Shown one piece after another: positions 62,156-64,000 of a stretch of 64,000 nt of DNA (its first letter is position 1; every line of letters starts with the position of its first letter). The stretch covers positions 19,568 through 83,567 of the forward strand of contig NW_004797506.1 of the NCBI RefSeq assembly GCF_000002075.1. The letters are read 5' to 3'. Source of the DNA: Aplysia californica. Its lineage: Eukaryota. The notes beneath the pieces are model-generated. The model did not search any database and was not told the origin of the DNA. It was given only the letters and a program-made list of their open reading frames with translations. A program made the translations under genes and the position numbers.

Positions 62156-64000
62156 AATAATTATACGAAGTGACAATATTTCTCCGAACATTCTGAGAAA
62201 TAGTGCCGATCTTTATTTCTCTGAACGGTTTCCGGCCTATTTTTATAATTTATTGCGAGAGTTCGGCGCTAACTTTCATTCTGCCTGTGGTCTGGGAAGG
62301 AACACCGCATGGCAAGCCCGCCTACTACAGACAACCTTCAGTAACACCCCCCACATACCCACCACCATCATGCACATGTTCATACACAAACTTATACACA
62401 CACTAACTAAACATGATCAGTGGACAACTTTTGAAAGTATGACGAGCTGAGCTGTAGATGGAGAGACAGTGTGAGTGACTGAGCAGGTGAAAGGAAGAAT
62501 GTACGAGTGTCACAGGCGACAGCAACTACAAAACTACAAGGCGACGACATCGACCCCCCCTAGCCTGGTCCAGAGCGCACGAACGAAAGGAATGCGGCTA
62601 TGGCAGGTTTTTGCTAATATTATTGTCCATGGTTCGTTGGGTGCAAGGGAATGAGTGAGATTTTCTTTGTGTGTGCCTGGAGGGAGGTGGTGGGGTGTGA
62701 AAGTCATGCGGACGGGGATGAGCCGCGGGAGAGAACACGGGAATTGAATGAATGAGTCAAAGTGAAAGAAAGGAACGACTCATGAGCCCTGGAGTGAATG
62801 GATCCTGTGTTTTTATTTTTGTATACTTGAACTGTTACTGAATAAAGGCTGAAATAAAGCCCGAAAAACAAACACACACACGCTCCTCACTCTCCACTTA
62901 CACACTTACTACCACACACAGACACACTCACACACGCACATGCATACACACACACACACTCACACAGGAGCAAATTTTTAGGTCTATATCTACATACATG
63001 TATTTCAATTTTCAAGAGCTAGTCTAGAGATTTTTAGATGAGTGTAAAAACGCGAAAAAGAAAGGTTTCACGACCGAATGAAATCAAAATTAAAACAGCC
63101 CATAAACAACCACAAAAATAAAAAATAAGGGCGTGAGTCCCCCTGTCCGAAGAAGATTGGCTGTGCGCAATTTTAAAACAAAGTACAGGATATTAGTATT
63201 ACATGTAAATTATGGAATCACACACATTAAGGGGCCTGCTAGAGTCAGTACACGTAGATCTAATTGGTTTTGGTGGAACGAACGCTCTAACATAACACAT
63301 TTAAATCTGTATACATGTATATATTTAGAATCTAATGAAAGTAGGAACATCAAATTAAATGACGTTACACTATACAACATCCCTTTCCCCCCCCCCCCCC
63401 CCCCCCAAAAAAAAATGATAGAAAAACAACACATCAGAACAATAACAAGAGAAAGAAAAAAATACACACTAACAAAATAAAACACCACAAAGAGGGAAAA
63501 ATAAAAGTAACTGTAACGTATTCAACAAATCAACGTGGTGACAACAAGTGAGAAAGAGACGAAGTGAAGCTAGGGGAACTTTCTTTCAAAAGTTAAGAGG
63601 TTCAATTTCTTTCTTTTTATATATTTTTTAAAATTTGACTTTTATTCCCCGATTCGGGGACCGAAAAATGCCAAAAAATCGAGCCACGATTGATTGGTCG
63701 CGGCCGCGACAAACGCAGATGCTAGTTCTATGTGACGTTATCAATAACCCTCCGTAGATCTAGATCTAGATCTAGACAGCACCCGAGTGAACACAACACA
63801 TTTTAGGTTTAAGAGCAGCACCCTTCATAGGCAACACGTCATATCTGTAGCGAAAAACCATTTGGAACTGTAGCATTTCTTTATATACGAATATTTACTG
63901 CGGACATTTTTTGGACCGATTGAACCATATTGTATACAAACAATCTTTGGTAGGCCTATACTATAATTATAGATCTATATAATATCCGAAATTTGCGGGA

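Noticed and set aside
63650-63790. CpG-rich stretch with ATTGG and TGACGT as the HAP40 promoter
   Set aside because: It lies 3 kb from the ATG with no identifiable linking exon, and similar patches occur inside transposons in this window. It cannot be assigned.

Overview
Eukaryotic genomic DNA: AT-rich, intron-rich and repeat-dense, with five assembly gaps. The gene and repeat content suggest an invertebrate, probably a mollusc (inference). Three spliced genes were rebuilt by hand. (1) The 5' part of EXOC7/Exo70 lies on the - strand: six exons from the ATG at 14583, running off the left edge. (2) A complete 7-exon MBOAT7/LPIAT1 lies on the + strand (15090-27585, 474 aa), head-to-head with EXOC7 across a 506-bp spacer. 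(3) A complete 12-exon F8A/HAP40 (huntingtin-associated protein 40) lies on the - strand (60725-33012, 315 aa), convergent with MBOAT7. The introns hold non-autonomous DNA transposons with TTAA, TA, 6-, 8- and 9-bp target duplications, decayed L2, RTE and I-group LINE pieces, tRNA-derived SINEs and a 38-bp minisatellite. Most notable: a candidate U12 (minor spliceosome) intron in EXOC7; two tandem minimal hammerhead ribozyme motifs inserted in an (ATG)n tract, sense to the HAP40 pre-mRNA; a ~610-bp foldback element inserted 14 nt from a HAP40 3' splice site; and a Mutator-like family carrying YY1/ETS-like motifs whose copies all lie near gene starts. I found no support for a wholly new protein-coding system. 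All coordinates were read manually.
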